Below are positions 20,411 to 30,995 of a DNA stretch of 64,000 nucleotides, piece after piece. Position numbers and translations under genes: made by a program. This DNA is from Elusimicrobiota bacterium. Lineage in GTDB: Bacteria; Elusimicrobiota; Elusimicrobia; F11. Every line of letters begins with the position of its first letter. Positions within the stretch are counted from its first letter, which is position 1. The notes beneath the pieces are model-generated. The model was not told the DNA's origin. It searched no databases and was given only the letters and a program-made list of their open reading frames with translations. The DNA lies in the NCBI GenBank assembly GCA_044221725.1, contig JBGAON010000003.1, positions 32,001-96,000 on the forward strand, written 5' to 3'.

Positions 20411-20845
20411 ATGAACCATGACCAAATAAGAGAACTCCTGTTTGATTATTACGATAACGAATTGCGGGGTGAAACCGCGGCGGAAGTGAAGTCGCACATC
20501 GCCGGTTGCCGTGAGTGCGCATCAAATATCCGGGGTTGGGCGTCGACCGCGAGGCTCGTATTCGACCCGGAGCGGCCGGCATCCGAGGTGTTTGTTCGAC
20601 GGGTGATGAACTGTGTGCGTCCGCAGCGCTCGGCGATTCCATGGCTGTTTCCGGCGTTATCGACACTCGCGTTCGCTGGTTTCCTTTTCGTGGTCCTCGG
20701 CTTTCACCGCGAAGAACCGCAGGTCTCGGTGGATTCGCTGCTGTTGTGTTCGAAAACCGAAACCGCACCGGTCGAATGGTTGCCGTCGTCCTCGGATTTG
20801 CCAAAGGACGATCAGGTATTGGATTACGCGTTGGGGGGAATATGA
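20411..20845 (+). CDS. Zinc-binding anti-sigma factor (zf-HC2) with one TM
   Basis: HIAGCREC matches HxxxCxxC; one TM helix; immediately follows the sigma gene. Confidence 0.88.
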   Translation: MNHDQIRELLFDYYDNELRGETAAEVKSHIAGCRECASNIRGWASTARLVFDPERPASEVFVRRVMNCVRPQRSAIPWLFPALSTLAFAGFLFVVLGFHREEPQVSVDSLLLCSKTETAPVEWLPSSSDLPKDDQVLDYALGGI

Positions 20846-21222
20846 AGCCTGTTGTGAAATACGGTGTGGCCTTTTTTTTCGTTGGTTTGCTCGTCGGCGG
20901 CATTGTGGGACGTTGCTTGTCTCCCGGATTTTTTTATCGACGCCTGCCGGCGGAAAAGCGCCAAGAACGCACCCTAAAAAGATTTGGTTCGAAATTAAAT
21001 TTGAATCCCGAGCAAAGGGAAAGCATTCGCAAGATTCTTGCGTCGCGGCGTGAACAAATCGATGGACTGTTGACGGAGGTCCGTCCAAAGTTCGAAGCGA
21101 TTCGTAACGAGACCGCCGACGAAATCCGCAAACAACTGAACGGAGATCAGGTGCAGAAATACGATGAGATGCACAAGCGCTACATGGAGCGGTGGAAAAC
21201 GCGCTTTCTCACCGATAATTAA
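20842..21222 (+). CDS. Membrane-anchored periplasmic helical protein (Spy/CpxP/heavy-metal sensor-like)
   Basis: ATGA overlap with the anti-sigma gene; N-terminal TM; LNPEQ and LNGDQ motifs. Confidence 0.65.
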   Translation: MKPVVKYGVAFFFVGLLVGGIVGRCLSPGFFYRRLPAEKRQERTLKRFGSKLNLNPEQRESIRKILASRREQIDGLLTEVRPKFEAIRNETADEIRKQLNGDQVQKYDEMHKRYMERWKTRFLTDN

Positions 21223-22442
21223 AGATAAACAACATCCTCGTTGCGATGAAACAGCGACAGGAACAGCAGCAAGTACCGCTGCAAATGCCCCGTTAACAAA
21301 AAGTTGTCGCGCACGTGCTCCTTCCCGTTTTGTCCCAATCGTTTCGCGTAATCCGGTGACTGCAACAATTGTTTCAGCGCGTACGCCGCTCCTTCGATCG
21401 AATGCGTGAGCAGTCCGGAATATTGATGCGTGATCTGCAACGGAATTCCGCCGACGGCGCCCGCGATCACAGGTTTTCCTTTCCACAGCGCTTCGGAGAC
21501 CGTTAGTCCAAATCCTTCCTTAATTGATTTCTGAAAAATCACGTTGCTCGCGCGTTGCAACGCGTTGATTTCAATGTTCGCCGTCGGTGGAAGATTCAAA
21601 ATATGAATATCGGGATCACCATCCGCGCGATTTTTTACCTCGGCGAGAACTTGCGCGCCTTCCGGGTCGTCGGTTGCCCCGCCGCCAGCCAAAATCAATT
21701 GGCAATCGACGTACGGCTTCGCCAGTCGGTACGCTTCGATGACGCCAAGCGGGTCTTTCAAATAGTCAAAACGCGAAATTTGCGTAACGATTGGTTTGTC
21801 GCGGGAGATTTGGAATTGGTCGAGTACCTTGTCAATGACGGACGGTTCGAGCTCCTTGTTTTTATCGCTCAGCGGATCAATGGACGGCGTGATGAGAACT
21901 TGCGGAATATCAAGTGCTTGGGCAAATGTCGGTGAAGAAAACACCGCGCTGTCGTATTGTTGCACGAGCGGCCGCAAGAAATCCCAAATCGCCGCGTTGG
22001 GATTTGAAAGATCGATGTGACAACGCCAAATCCAATGATTACCGAGTTCCTTTTTCTTTCTAATAAACCCGGCTGGTTGCGGGTCATGAATAAAAACGAT
22101 GTCGGCATCGAGCGATAAGGTTGCGAGGTTTTCGTCTTGGGTTTGGTCGTAGACATTTGTGTCCGCTTCGCCAAACTCCACGGGCGCGCCGTGCAGGCCG
22201 TTGTGCATTTTTTTCGTCACCGCGAAAAACTTTTCGCCGCCCTTGATCACGTCCCAGCGCGCGTCGATGTTCAATTCCTTCATCAGCGGAACCATACGGT
22301 TTAGGATTTCGGCCACGCCGCCTCCCACCGCCGTGGAATTCACGTGCAGTACTTTCTTGCCTTTCAGCTTTTCAGCGATCAATTGAAGGTCATCAATGAC
22401 CGCCTGGCCGACAATGGGTGCGTAATCAGTGAGCTGCACCAA
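21219..22442 (-). CDS. treT: Trehalose synthase TreT-like GT4 glycosyltransferase
   Basis: VNSTAVGGGVAEIL, IHDPQP, WRCHID, SRFDYLKD and EGFGLTVSEA motifs. Confidence 0.88.
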   Translation of the reverse strand: MVQLTDYAPIVGQAVIDDLQLIAEKLKGKKVLHVNSTAVGGGVAEILNRMVPLMKELNIDARWDVIKGGEKFFAVTKKMHNGLHGAPVEFGEADTNVYDQTQDENLATLSLDADIVFIHDPQPAGFIRKKKELGNHWIWRCHIDLSNPNAAIWDFLRPLVQQYDSAVFSSPTFAQALDIPQVLITPSIDPLSDKNKELEPSVIDKVLDQFQISRDKPIVTQISRFDYLKDPLGVIEAYRLAKPYVDCQLILAGGGATDDPEGAQVLAEVKNRADGDPDIHILNLPPTANIEINALQRASNVIFQKSIKEGFGLTVSEALWKGKPVIAGAVGGIPLQITHQYSGLLTHSIEGAAYALKQLLQSPDYAKRLGQNGKEHVRDNFLLTGHLQRYLLLFLSLFHRNEDVVYL

Positions 22443-23118
22443 TGGCCCCGTTTGGTTGCAACGTTTTTAGCCGCGATGTTGCGAAAAACAGAATGCGTTC
22501 ACGCAAACTTTCGAGTGTTTGCGTGTAAGGATCAAGTTTGGAAATCGCCTTTGCGAGACTTTTCTCTCCCAGTTCGCTCTCCAACCATTTCGACAAATCG
22601 TTCGATTCTTTTCCAACGCGGAGGCGAGCCTGAAAGATGTGATGATAGAGCGATAGCGAGCCAATTTTTTTGATTCCCTCGATAAATTCGCTGAGTGTGC
22701 TGGCCTGATAGGACGTTGGAAGAACAAAACTCTGGGATTTCATCAAATGGAATTCGGCACCGTCCCACGCTTTGCTGGTCACCACGTTTTTGGAGAGATA
22801 GCGTTCGATCACCTCAACAATTTTGTCGGCCAATTCGCGGATGGTTGAGAAGCGAACCGTATCGATGGCCGCCAATTGTTCGCCCAATCGATGTTCTTGC
22901 AGCACATGCGAAACCCAGTACGCGAAATCATTCGGTGGTTCGGGCGAAAGGAATTGATGCTGCTTGAGAAAGTGGTGCGTGTGGTAATAGAAAACGGAGC
23001 CGGGAGCGGACTTTAAATGCGTCAGCAGTTCTGCGAGCGTGTGCGCTCGAAGCCCGGTTACTTCGACCAGGTCAAATTGCGTCACAAACCGAAATGGATG
23101 TTGCGCCCGAGTTTCCAT
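22426..23118 (-). CDS. DUF5752-like protein (TreT-associated)
   Basis: Two repeats of S.(F/L)Y(Y/H)H...ND(F/L)..W....LA. Start uncertain (23118 or 23127). Confidence 0.7.
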   Translation of the reverse strand: METRAQHPFRFVTQFDLVEVTGLRAHTLAELLTHLKSAPGSVFYYHTHHFLKQHQFLSPEPPNDFAYWVSHVLQEHRLGEQLAAIDTVRFSTIRELADKIVEVIERYLSKNVVTSKAWDGAEFHLMKSQSFVLPTSYQASTLSEFIEGIKKIGSLSLYHHIFQARLRVGKESNDLSKWLESELGEKSLAKAISKLDPYTQTLESLRERILFFATSRLKTLQPNGAIGAAH

Positions 23119-23139
23119 TGCCAACATAGCCACCACCCA

Positions 23140-23196
23140 TACGGTGGCCGGCACGGAAAGTTCTGAGAATCCGAACCTATCCCAAGAAATTCCGTA
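23140..23196. promoter_or_regulatory. Divergent pair of ECF promoters (DUF5752-treT / glgX)
   Basis: Minus strand GAAC-N16-CGTA (23163-23140); plus strand GAAC-N16-CGTA (23173-23196). Confidence 0.8.
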
Positions 23197-23225
23197 TTCA
23201 GGAGTGCCTGACAAAGGAGGCGCTC

Positions 23226-25448
23226 GTGCAACTGAAACCAGGAATGCCTTACCCTCTTGGTGCTGTTTGGAACGGGTTGGGGGTCAATTTCGCGCTTTAT
23301 TCCGAACACGCGGAAAAAATTGAGCTTTGTCTTTTCGATTCGCCCGACGCGACCAAAGAATCCAAACGCATCGAATTGCGAGAAAAAACCGACATGGTCT
23401 GGCATGGATTTCTGACGGATCTTCTGCCAGGCCAGCTTTATGGATACCGCATTTATGGACCGTACGATCCAAACGCGGGGCACCGCTTTAATCCAAACAA
23501 AGTTTTGTTGGATCCGTACGCGCGTGCGATCGGCCGTCCGGCCCAGCTCGTGAACGAATCGTTTGGATACGAAATTGGTCACGGAGATCTTGACTTATCG
23601 TTCGACAAACGTGACAACGCGGCGACCGCGCCGCTGGGTGTTGTCGTCGACACCGCGTTCACCTGGGGAAACGATGCGCCGCCGCACACGCCTTGGCACA
23701 AAACCGTAATTTACGAGACGCACGTGAAAGGCATGACCAAGCTTCATCCGCTTGTGCCCGAAAAATTGCGCGGCACCTACGCCGGTCTGTGCACCGATGC
23801 GGTGTTGTCCCATCTGAAATCGTTGGGCATTACGGCCATTGAACTTTTGCCCGTGCATTATCACGTTCCCGATAAATCGCTGCTGGACAAAGGGCTGTCC
23901 AATTATTGGGGTTACAATTCAATAGGCTTTTTTGCGCCGGATGTCCGGTTCGGTGCCGACAAGCGTGCCGATGAGTCGGTTCGCGAATTTAAAAGAATGG
24001 TCGCCACGTTTCACGCGGCCGGCATCGAAGTGATTCTTGATGTGGTTTACAACCACACGGCCGAAGGAAATCAAATGGGTCCCACGTTGTCGTTGCGCGG
24101 CATCGACAACGCTTCCTACTACCGGCTTTCACCGCAAGATGCACGGTATTACATGGACTTTACCGGCTGCGGCAACACGCTAAACATGGACAACCCGCGC
24201 GTTCTTCAACTGATCATGGACAGTTTGCGTTATTGGGTGCTTGATATGCACGTGGATGGTTTTCGGTTCGACTTGGCGAGCACACTCGCGCGCGAGCTGC
24301 ACGACGTGAACAAGCTCGGCGCCTTTTTCGACATCATTCACCAAGATCCGGTGCTCTCGCGTGTGAAATTAATTGCCGAGCCGTGGGATCTGGGCGAAGG
24401 TGGGTATCAGGTGGGGAATTTTCCAATCGGTTGGACCGAGTGGAACGGCAAATACCGCGACACGGTTCGCAGCTTCGTGAAGGGCGACGGTGGCGTCGTC
24501 TCGGAGTCGGCGACGCGGTTGTCGGGAAGCAGCGATTTGTACGAGACAAGTGGTCGGCGGCCGTACGCCAGCATCAATTTTGTGACGTGCCACGACGGCT
24601 TCACATTAAACGATGTGGTCAGCTACAACGAAAAACACAACGAAGCGAACGGCGAAAACAATCAAGACGGTGAAAACAACAACCGAAGTTGGAACTGCGG
24701 CGCCGAAGGACCCACGGACAACGCGGAAATTATCGCACTGCGCGAACGGCAGAAACGAAATTTCTTAGCGATCCTCATGTTTTCGCAGGGAGTTCCAATG
24801 TTGTGCGGCGGCGACGAGATTGGTCGCACGCAGAAAGGAAACAACAACGCGTATTGTCAAGACAACGAAATAAACTGGTTTGACTGGAATCTCACGCCCG
24901 ACAAGCAAGCGCTGCTCGAATGGACGCAGCGCGTGATCCGCATCCGGCTCAACCAGCCGGTGTTTCAGCGCCGCAAATTTTTTCAAGGTCGATCGATTCG
25001 CGGCAGCGGTATCAAAGACATTTCGTTTTTTGAGCCATCGGGCCAGGAAATGACCGATGAAGCATGGGCCACCGATTTCGTTCGTTGCTTGGGCGTGCGA
25101 TTGGCCGGAGACAACATTGATGAAGTCGACGCGAACGGACAGAAGATTTTTGGTGACACGCTTTTGTTTCTTGCGAACGCGCACCACGACGCGATTCCTT
25201 TTACTTTGCCGGTGACCGCTGGGCAAAAAACGTGGGAGTGTGTGTTGGATTCGTCGGAACCCGAAATCACGTCCCGTATGTGCAAATCGGAAGTGCCTTA
25301 CGAATTGAAAGGAAGATCGGTCGCGCTCTTAAAAGTTGCGATGCCCGCCAAGAGAGTTCAGGACGTTACTTCCAAAAAAGATATCGGCAGCGGATTGAAC
25401 AATTCGGAAACCCGAAGCACCCACTCGTTGTCGACCAGCGTCGCCTGA
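23226..25448 (+). CDS. glgX: Glycogen debranching enzyme GlgX/TreX (GH13)
   Basis: [25 protein letters not shown] and CHDGFTL motifs. Confidence 0.95.
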   Translation: MQLKPGMPYPLGAVWNGLGVNFALYSEHAEKIELCLFDSPDATKESKRIELREKTDMVWHGFLTDLLPGQLYGYRIYGPYDPNAGHRFNPNKVLLDPYARAIGRPAQLVNESFGYEIGHGDLDLSFDKRDNAATAPLGVVVDTAFTWGNDAPPHTPWHKTVIYETHVKGMTKLHPLVPEKLRGTYAGLCTDAVLSHLKSLGITAIELLPVHYHVPDKSLLDKGLSNYWGYNSIGFFAPDVRFGADKRADESVREFKRMVATFHAAGIEVILDVVYNHTAEGNQMGPTLSLRGIDNASYYRLSPQDARYYMDFTGCGNTLNMDNPRVLQLIMDSLRYWVLDMHVDGFRFDLASTLARELHDVNKLGAFFDIIHQDPVLSRVKLIAEPWDLGEGGYQVGNFPIGWTEWNGKYRDTVRSFVKGDGGVVSESATRLSGSSDLYETSGRRPYASINFVTCHDGFTLNDVVSYNEKHNEANGENNQDGENNNRSWNCGAEGPTDNAEIIALRERQKRNFLAILMFSQGVPMLCGGDEIGRTQKGNNNAYCQDNEINWFDWNLTPDKQALLEWTQRVIRIRLNQPVFQRRKFFQGRSIRGSGIKDISFFEPSGQEMTDEAWATDFVRCLGVRLAGDNIDEVDANGQKIFGDTLLFLANAHHDAIPFTLPVTAGQKTWECVLDSSEPEITSRMCKSEVPYELKGRSVALLKVAMPAKRVQDVTSKKDIGSGLNNSETRSTHSLSTSVA

Positions 25449-28246
25449 ACGACACGGCCCGTGAACACGTCTCGGAACAGGCCGAGCGGTGAAAATGTTT
25501 TATTGACGAAAATGTTTGTCGTTTGCCAGGTGTCGGGAAAACGCGGAGGCGCATTTTCTTCGCGAAGTGTTTGAAAGAATCGGCCCGTCGCCGTGATTGT
25601 GCGCTTGTTATCGAGATCGCGAGCAAACGCGCACACGTGCTTTTCACGGTCCCCTCGCACCTTGAGCGCGTAATACGCACCGTCGCGCATGAGCTGTTCC
25701 TCTCGTCGACGAAAGTTCAATAGCCGGTTCGTCACGTAAAGCTTTATTAATCCGTCCTTCAACGATGCGGCGAGCTCGTGCATCGTGCCCAAGGGATTGG
25801 TTTCGATTTTCTTCCGGTTGTCGGAAAGCCACTTGCGTGGCGTTTTGTAGTCAACGGCCGCGCGATTGTCGGGGTCGACCAGCGTGAAATTCCACATTTC
25901 GGATCCTTGATACAAGTCGGGAATTCCCGGTGACGTGAGTTTTAGCACCTGTTGCGATAATGAGTTTAGTAACCCCGATTCAATAATGGATTCGTGGAAC
26001 TCGCCGAATTCTTTTGGAAATCGATTGTCGTGTGTAGGCGACAGCGCCGCGCGCACGAAATGCGATAGGGCTTTTTCGTAATCCGCGTGCGGGTTGACCC
26101 AGCTTGAATGAACCTTCGCTTCCTTAAGCGCTTTCTGCATATAGTTCTCAATGCGGCTACAATATTTCTCCCACTCTTTTTCGTTCAGGTACGTCATGGG
26201 CCAGGTTCCAACGAGTGTTTGATAGAACAAATATTCCTCGTTCGCGTCGGGTGCAAAGCCATGGTTCAGTGCCATCTTGTGCACTTTGTTCGTCGTTTGC
26301 CATTGAAGAATGGCGCGGTACCATTTAATCGGAATTTCGGACAGCACATTGATGCGGGCGCGTACGTCTTCGCTGCGCTTCGTATCGTGCGTGGTGGTTG
26401 CCAGCATGGTGTGCGGCCACGTTTTTGCGCGCTCTTCGTTTTTCCGGTGGAAATCATCAAGCGATGTGCCAAATAAATCCGGTCGCCCGCCCACTTCATT
26501 TAGTGAGGCCAGCGGGAAATAACGGTAAAAAGCCGTGTCTTCGACGCCTTTCGCGGTCACCGGGCTCGTGAGCTGTTGAAATTTAATGATGAAATTTTGG
26601 CGCTCGGAAATTTGCGATGCGCTCAGGCCTTGCGGGTCGTTTCGCAGCAGCACACTTTCGATGAAATCGAAAATCGATTCGCTCATTGACGGATTTCTTT
26701 CTTTGGCTTCGCGCACCGCCGTTTGTATGGAGCGCCGATCTTCGTCGTCAATCGTGTCATCGGCTTTGCGGTAATAGCTGCGGTAGGTGGGGAAGCACGC
26801 GATCACTTCGCGCAGCGCGAAACGCAAACTGTCGAAAGTGAAGTCGCGCGACCAGCGGTGATGTTCCGAAATTCGGTCGAGATGCGAGGCCAATACGTTC
26901 AACTCGCTCGCCAAAGACACATGCATGACGACCCGCTTGCAGGCGAACGCGACATCTTTGAACGATCGCGAATGGCCCGTGAAACGACGATAGAGGTCGA
27001 AAAATTTTTCGATGTATCTCCTATCGACAAACAAACCGTTCAACTGGTTCATGAAGTCGTAACCGGTGGTGCCCTGAATTTTCCACTGTTCGCGAAGCTT
27101 CTCGTTCGGCATAAGAATTTTTTCAACGACAATATAAGGCGTGGATGCACCGCCGTTTTCAACGGGAATCATGCTTTTTTGCGCGAGCTCTTCGAGGTAG
27201 CCGGTGGGATCGGCAAGGCCATCGACGTGGTCGATTCGCAACCCGTTCACGTGTCCGTCGGCAATAAGCCGGAGCGTAAGGTTGTGCACGGCGTCGAACA
27301 CGTCCGCCTCTTCGACACGGACGGCGGCCAAAAAGTTGATGTCGAAAAACCGACGGTAATTTATTTCGTCGGCGGCAACGCGCCAATAACACAAGCGGTA
27401 AACCTGATCGTTCAACAGATTTTCCAATCCGTCGAAGCTGTGCGGATCGCCGGGGCTTCCGTTCAGTTTTTCGAGCGCGGAGTCGAGCGCTTTGCGAAAC
27501 CGTACGTTTGTTTTGAGCAAGGCCGCGAAACGTCGCCGGATCACTTCCTTCTCGCGGTAGCGTTCCCGTACTTTTTCTGGACGCGTGTCCGTTCGAAGCG
27601 GCAGGTAATCGACAGCGGTGCGCACGCTTTCGAATTCCAGCATATCCGGTTCGTTTGCGTTTTCACTGTTCAGCTCACTCGCCATAAGCCCGAGAATCAG
27701 AGACCACGAGCGGGGGGCAATCGGATAACGAGACGTTTCGTAGCGAGCGACAAACAAACCGTTTTCAAAAGCGAGAGCTATTTTTTGATCTTCGAGCGCC
27801 TTTCCGTATTGATCGCCGAGTTCGGGCAACAGGATCTTGTTCGCAAGGTCCACCTTGGGAGGATGCCAGTCAATGTCAAAATAACCGGCGTACGGTGAAC
27901 TCGGGCCGTTTTCGAGAACATCGTTCCACCATGGATTTACGGATTCGGTAATGCACATGTGGTTCGGAACCACATCAAGGATGAGGCCAATATTGTTTTT
28001 CTTGAGACTTTCAGCGAGCCGAGCGAAGCTGGTGTCCGACCCGATTTCTGGGTTTAGCTGCCGATGATCAACGACGTCATAGCCGTGCTCGCTCCCAGGC
28101 CGCGCTTTGAAGATCGGCGACGCGTAACAAGCGCCAATACCAAGATCATCAAAGTAATCGACCAAAGAGCGGGCATCATCGAAAGTGAAGTTCCGATTGA
28201 ATTGGAGGCGATAAGTGGAAGTGGGGACGAAAACATGGCTCGCCAT
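25358..28246 (-). CDS. treY: Malto-oligosyltrehalose synthase
   Basis: [38 protein letters not shown] and LVDPDNR motifs. Confidence 0.95.
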   Translation of the reverse strand: MASHVFVPTSTYRLQFNRNFTFDDARSLVDYFDDLGIGACYASPIFKARPGSEHGYDVVDHRQLNPEIGSDTSFARLAESLKKNNIGLILDVVPNHMCITESVNPWWNDVLENGPSSPYAGYFDIDWHPPKVDLANKILLPELGDQYGKALEDQKIALAFENGLFVARYETSRYPIAPRSWSLILGLMASELNSENANEPDMLEFESVRTAVDYLPLRTDTRPEKVRERYREKEVIRRRFAALLKTNVRFRKALDSALEKLNGSPGDPHSFDGLENLLNDQVYRLCYWRVAADEINYRRFFDINFLAAVRVEEADVFDAVHNLTLRLIADGHVNGLRIDHVDGLADPTGYLEELAQKSMIPVENGGASTPYIVVEKILMPNEKLREQWKIQGTTGYDFMNQLNGLFVDRRYIEKFFDLYRRFTGHSRSFKDVAFACKRVVMHVSLASELNVLASHLDRISEHHRWSRDFTFDSLRFALREVIACFPTYRSYYRKADDTIDDEDRRSIQTAVREAKERNPSMSESIFDFIESVLLRNDPQGLSASQISERQNFIIKFQQLTSPVTAKGVEDTAFYRYFPLASLNEVGGRPDLFGTSLDDFHRKNEERAKTWPHTMLATTTHDTKRSEDVRARINVLSEIPIKWYRAILQWQTTNKVHKMALNHGFAPDANEEYLFYQTLVGTWPMTYLNEKEWEKYCSRIENYMQKALKEAKVHSSWVNPHADYEKALSHFVRAALSPTHDNRFPKEFGEFHESIIESGLLNSLSQQVLKLTSPGIPDLYQGSEMWNFTLVDPDNRAAVDYKTPRKWLSDNRKKIETNPLGTMHELAASLKDGLIKLYVTNRLLNFRRREEQLMRDGAYYALKVRGDREKHVCAFARDLDNKRTITATGRFFQTLREENAPPRFPDTWQTTNIFVNKTFSPLGLFRDVFTGRVVQATLVDNEWVLRVSELFNPLPISFLEVTS

Positions 28247-28395
28247 CAGACCACGTTACGTCCTTGAATAAGCCGGACGAGAATCGCAATGATGGCCAGC
28301 ACAAGTAACACATGAATAAAACCACCCATCGTGTACGAGGACACCAGTCCCAACAGCCACAGTATTACGAGGACAACCGCAATTGTGTAAAGCAT
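28246..28395 (-). CDS. lmo0937-family 49-aa membrane protein (not in the ORF track)
   Basis: [62 protein letters not shown] coupling to treY. Confidence 0.88.
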   Translation of the reverse strand: MLYTIAVVLVILWLLGLVSSYTMGGFIHVLLVLAIIAILVRLIQGRNVV

Positions 28396-28435
28396 ATAGA
28401 GCTCCTTTTGCCCCGATATTTTACGTCCCCCTCTT

Positions 28436-28459
28436 TACGCTTAATGAGTGGGAAAGTTC
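28436..28459 (-). promoter_or_regulatory. ECF promoter GAAC-N16-CGTA of lmo0937-treY
   Basis: GAAC tttcccactcattaag CGTA, overlapping the end of treZ. Confidence 0.75.
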
Positions 28460-30312
28460 ATGGCAGTGAACAGAAATGATGAAGTGGACGGAAGATGCCA
28501 CTGGGTTTTGAACTGCGGTTTCTTGTCGGTGCCGCCGTAACGTCGATCTTCGCTCGACCAGGTTAAATGCCACGATTGGTTTTCCGGTGCGGCGATCAGC
28601 GGTTCGGAGCACGGGTCGAATATGAAGTCGGGCCCGAGATTCGTAACGAGCAATCGATCGCCGTGCTCGGAATCAAAAAATCGAATGAGAAACGCATGGG
28701 ATCCCAATACGGCTGTGTCCAATTGAAACCGGTCTTGGCGCTCGATCGCAGGGTCCGCTTTGCGCAGCGCGATCAGATCTTTGTGAAGCAGGTAAATATC
28801 TTTGTGGTCGTTCCGCTCGTTTAAGTTTAATTTTGCGGACCGGAACGTGCGTTCGTCGGTAGGTTTTGGGAACGCCCTCAATCGTTCGGGCGCCGCGTCG
28901 TCGATAAATTGCGTAACGAATTTTCGGCGTCCTTCGTTCACGGAATTCGCAAGGTCTCCCTGGTGATCGCAAAAAAACGGGAATGGGCTTGTGGCTCCAA
29001 ATTCTTGTCCCATAAAGATCAGTGGGGTCGTTGGTCCAAGAAAGAGCACCGCGGCCATCGCGCGGTAGGTTGCCGAACTTGTGAGCGCATGGATGCGATG
29101 GCCGCCCACGTCGATGGAAATCTGATCGTGGTTCTGCAGGTACGTGACGAAGGCCTCCGCCGGTTGGAACGTCACTGGTTTCCCGCGCGGTCCGTTCAAA
29201 AAGACCGAATGCTGCCCTTGGTACAAAAACATGTCTTTTGTTAACGAAGCGAATTCTTGTGGGGGGCCGGCAAAGTCCGAAAAATAGTTCTTGCGATTGC
29301 CCGTGAGCGCGACGCGCGCCGCGTGGTGAAAATCATCGTTCCAGACGCCATCCAACCCATACCCGCCTTCCTTGATGGAAGTAATGAGCCGAACGTCTTG
29401 CGTGTCGTTTTCGGCGATAAGAATCAGCGATTTCTCTGGCGCGACGGATCGCACGGCCTTCGAGATGTCGGCGAGAATATGAACCGGACTTTTGTCGTAA
29501 ATGTTCTGCGTAGCGTCGAGGCGAAGTCCGTCGAAATGGAATTCTCGGATCCAGTAGCACGCGTTCTGGATAAAAAAATTTCGAACGTGCTCGGAATTGG
29601 GGCCATCAAAATTGATCGAGTCTCCCCAATCGGTTGCTTTGTGTTTGACCATGTAGTCGTCGCTAAAGGAACCGAGGTAATTCCCGTCGGGGCCCAAGTG
29701 ATTGTAAACCACGTCCAAAATCACGCCCATCCCCAGACCGTGCGCCGCATCCACAAATTGCTTCACCGCATTCGGGTCGCCGTAGACGTGATAAGGCGCA
29801 AACATCCCAACGTTGTCGTAACCCCAGTTCCATCGCCCGGCGTTTTCATGCAACGGCATTATTTCGATTGTCGTGATCCCGAGTGTCTTTAATTCCTTTA
29901 GTTCTCTTTGTGCCGCCGCGAACGTGCCTTCCTGCGTGAAGGTGCCGATGTGCAGTTCGTAAATGATTTGGCCGTGCATGGACACACCGGACCATTGGTT
30001 GTCGCGCCATTGGTAGAAGGCCGGATCAATGACAACCGAGTCGCCATGGGGGCCCTCGGGCTGAAATCGCGAACACGGATCGGGTGTTTCTCCGTCACCG
30101 TTCAGTCTGTACCTGTAGCGCGTGCCCGCGCGGAGGTTTGTTACCACCGTTTGGAAATAACCATCGGATGACGGCGATAGCGGAACGATGGAGGAGGGCG
30201 GGTCCTTTAATACGAGGTCAACCGAGCGACATTTGGGGGCCCACACAAGAAATTGTGTGCCCTCGCGTTTGAAATTCGCACCGAGCCACAACTCTTGCTC
30301 CAATAATTTCAT
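28441..30312 (-). CDS. treZ: Malto-oligosyltrehalose trehalohydrolase
   Basis: PDPCSRFQPEGPHG, WGYD, DGLRLDA, IAEND and QNHDQI motifs. Confidence 0.93.
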   Translation of the reverse strand: MKLLEQELWLGANFKREGTQFLVWAPKCRSVDLVLKDPPSSIVPLSPSSDGYFQTVVTNLRAGTRYRYRLNGDGETPDPCSRFQPEGPHGDSVVIDPAFYQWRDNQWSGVSMHGQIIYELHIGTFTQEGTFAAAQRELKELKTLGITTIEIMPLHENAGRWNWGYDNVGMFAPYHVYGDPNAVKQFVDAAHGLGMGVILDVVYNHLGPDGNYLGSFSDDYMVKHKATDWGDSINFDGPNSEHVRNFFIQNACYWIREFHFDGLRLDATQNIYDKSPVHILADISKAVRSVAPEKSLILIAENDTQDVRLITSIKEGGYGLDGVWNDDFHHAARVALTGNRKNYFSDFAGPPQEFASLTKDMFLYQGQHSVFLNGPRGKPVTFQPAEAFVTYLQNHDQISIDVGGHRIHALTSSATYRAMAAVLFLGPTTPLIFMGQEFGATSPFPFFCDHQGDLANSVNEGRRKFVTQFIDDAAPERLRAFPKPTDERTFRSAKLNLNERNDHKDIYLLHKDLIALRKADPAIERQDRFQLDTAVLGSHAFLIRFFDSEHGDRLLVTNLGPDFIFDPCSEPLIAAPENQSWHLTWSSEDRRYGGTDKKPQFKTQWHLPSTSSFLFTAMNFPTH

Positions 30313-30320
30313 ACCCCCTA

Positions 30321-30378
30321 TACGGTTCAAAGTGATTCAAGTTCAAGTCCAATGAACTTTTCAGACGGAGGGTTCGTA
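30321..30378. promoter_or_regulatory. Divergent pair of ECF promoters (treZ / OM barrel operon)
   Basis: Minus strand GAAC-N16-CGTA (30344-30321), 8 nt before treZ; plus strand GAAC-N17-CGTA (30354-30378). Confidence 0.8.
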
Positions 30379-30416
30379 AGCAAGGTGTCAGACAAAAGTT
30401 TACTGAGGAGGAGCTC

Positions 30417-30992
30417 ATGAGCAGATCTCGGCAATTGTTGGGTTTGTTGGCTCTCGCACTGTTAGCGACCTGCCCGTCGCTTTCTCGAGCCGATGATGCA
30501 GATGGCAACTGGAGTGCTGTTTCTTTCGGTCCGCGCGCCACGTATTTCAAACCGAAAGATGGTGACGGCGTATGGAGTGGAGGGGCGCAATTAAGAATTC
30601 GTCCGTGGAGATTTCTGGGATTTGAAGGGTCCGTTGACTACCGCCGCGAAAAGTTTGAATCGACGCGCGTTGATGTGTACCCGGTCCAGGCCTCTGTTCT
30701 GGCCTACATCCTTCCAATGCGGTCGGTGGATATATTTCTTTTGGGCGGTGGAGGATGGTATTACACGCATGTCGATCGTCCGTCTCCCGCGGATGACGAA
30801 ACGAAACATCGGTTTGGTGCGCACGCCGGCGCCGGGGTCGACATCTATTTGTCCCGCGCGTGGTCCATCGATGGAACGTACCGATATATTTGGCTCGAGA
30901 AATTTAATTCAACCGACGACAGCAATCTTCTCGACAAAGAACTGGACGACAGAGGCAGTCAAGTCACAATCGGGTTAAATTATCACTTCTAA
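30417..30992 (+). CDS. Small outer-membrane beta-barrel protein
   Basis: Signal peptide; alternating amphipathic strands; C-terminal GLNYHF. Confidence 0.8.
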   Translation: MSRSRQLLGLLALALLATCPSLSRADDADGNWSAVSFGPRATYFKPKDGDGVWSGGAQLRIRPWRFLGFEGSVDYRREKFESTRVDVYPVQASVLAYILPMRSVDIFLLGGGGWYYTHVDRPSPADDETKHRFGAHAGAGVDIYLSRAWSIDGTYRYIWLEKFNSTDDSNLLDKELDDRGSQVTIGLNYHF

Positions 30993-30995
30993 ATA

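Noticed and set aside
20515..20841. N-terminal extension of the 235-aa ORF
   Set aside because: It overlaps the anti-sigma gene. The likely start is ATG 20842, coupled through ATGA.
26723..27898. 391-aa plus-strand ORF, and many similar long antisense ORFs such as 8073-8912, 54595-55362 and 59226-60086
   Set aside because: These are shadows of well-supported genes on the opposite strand and have no recognisable motifs.
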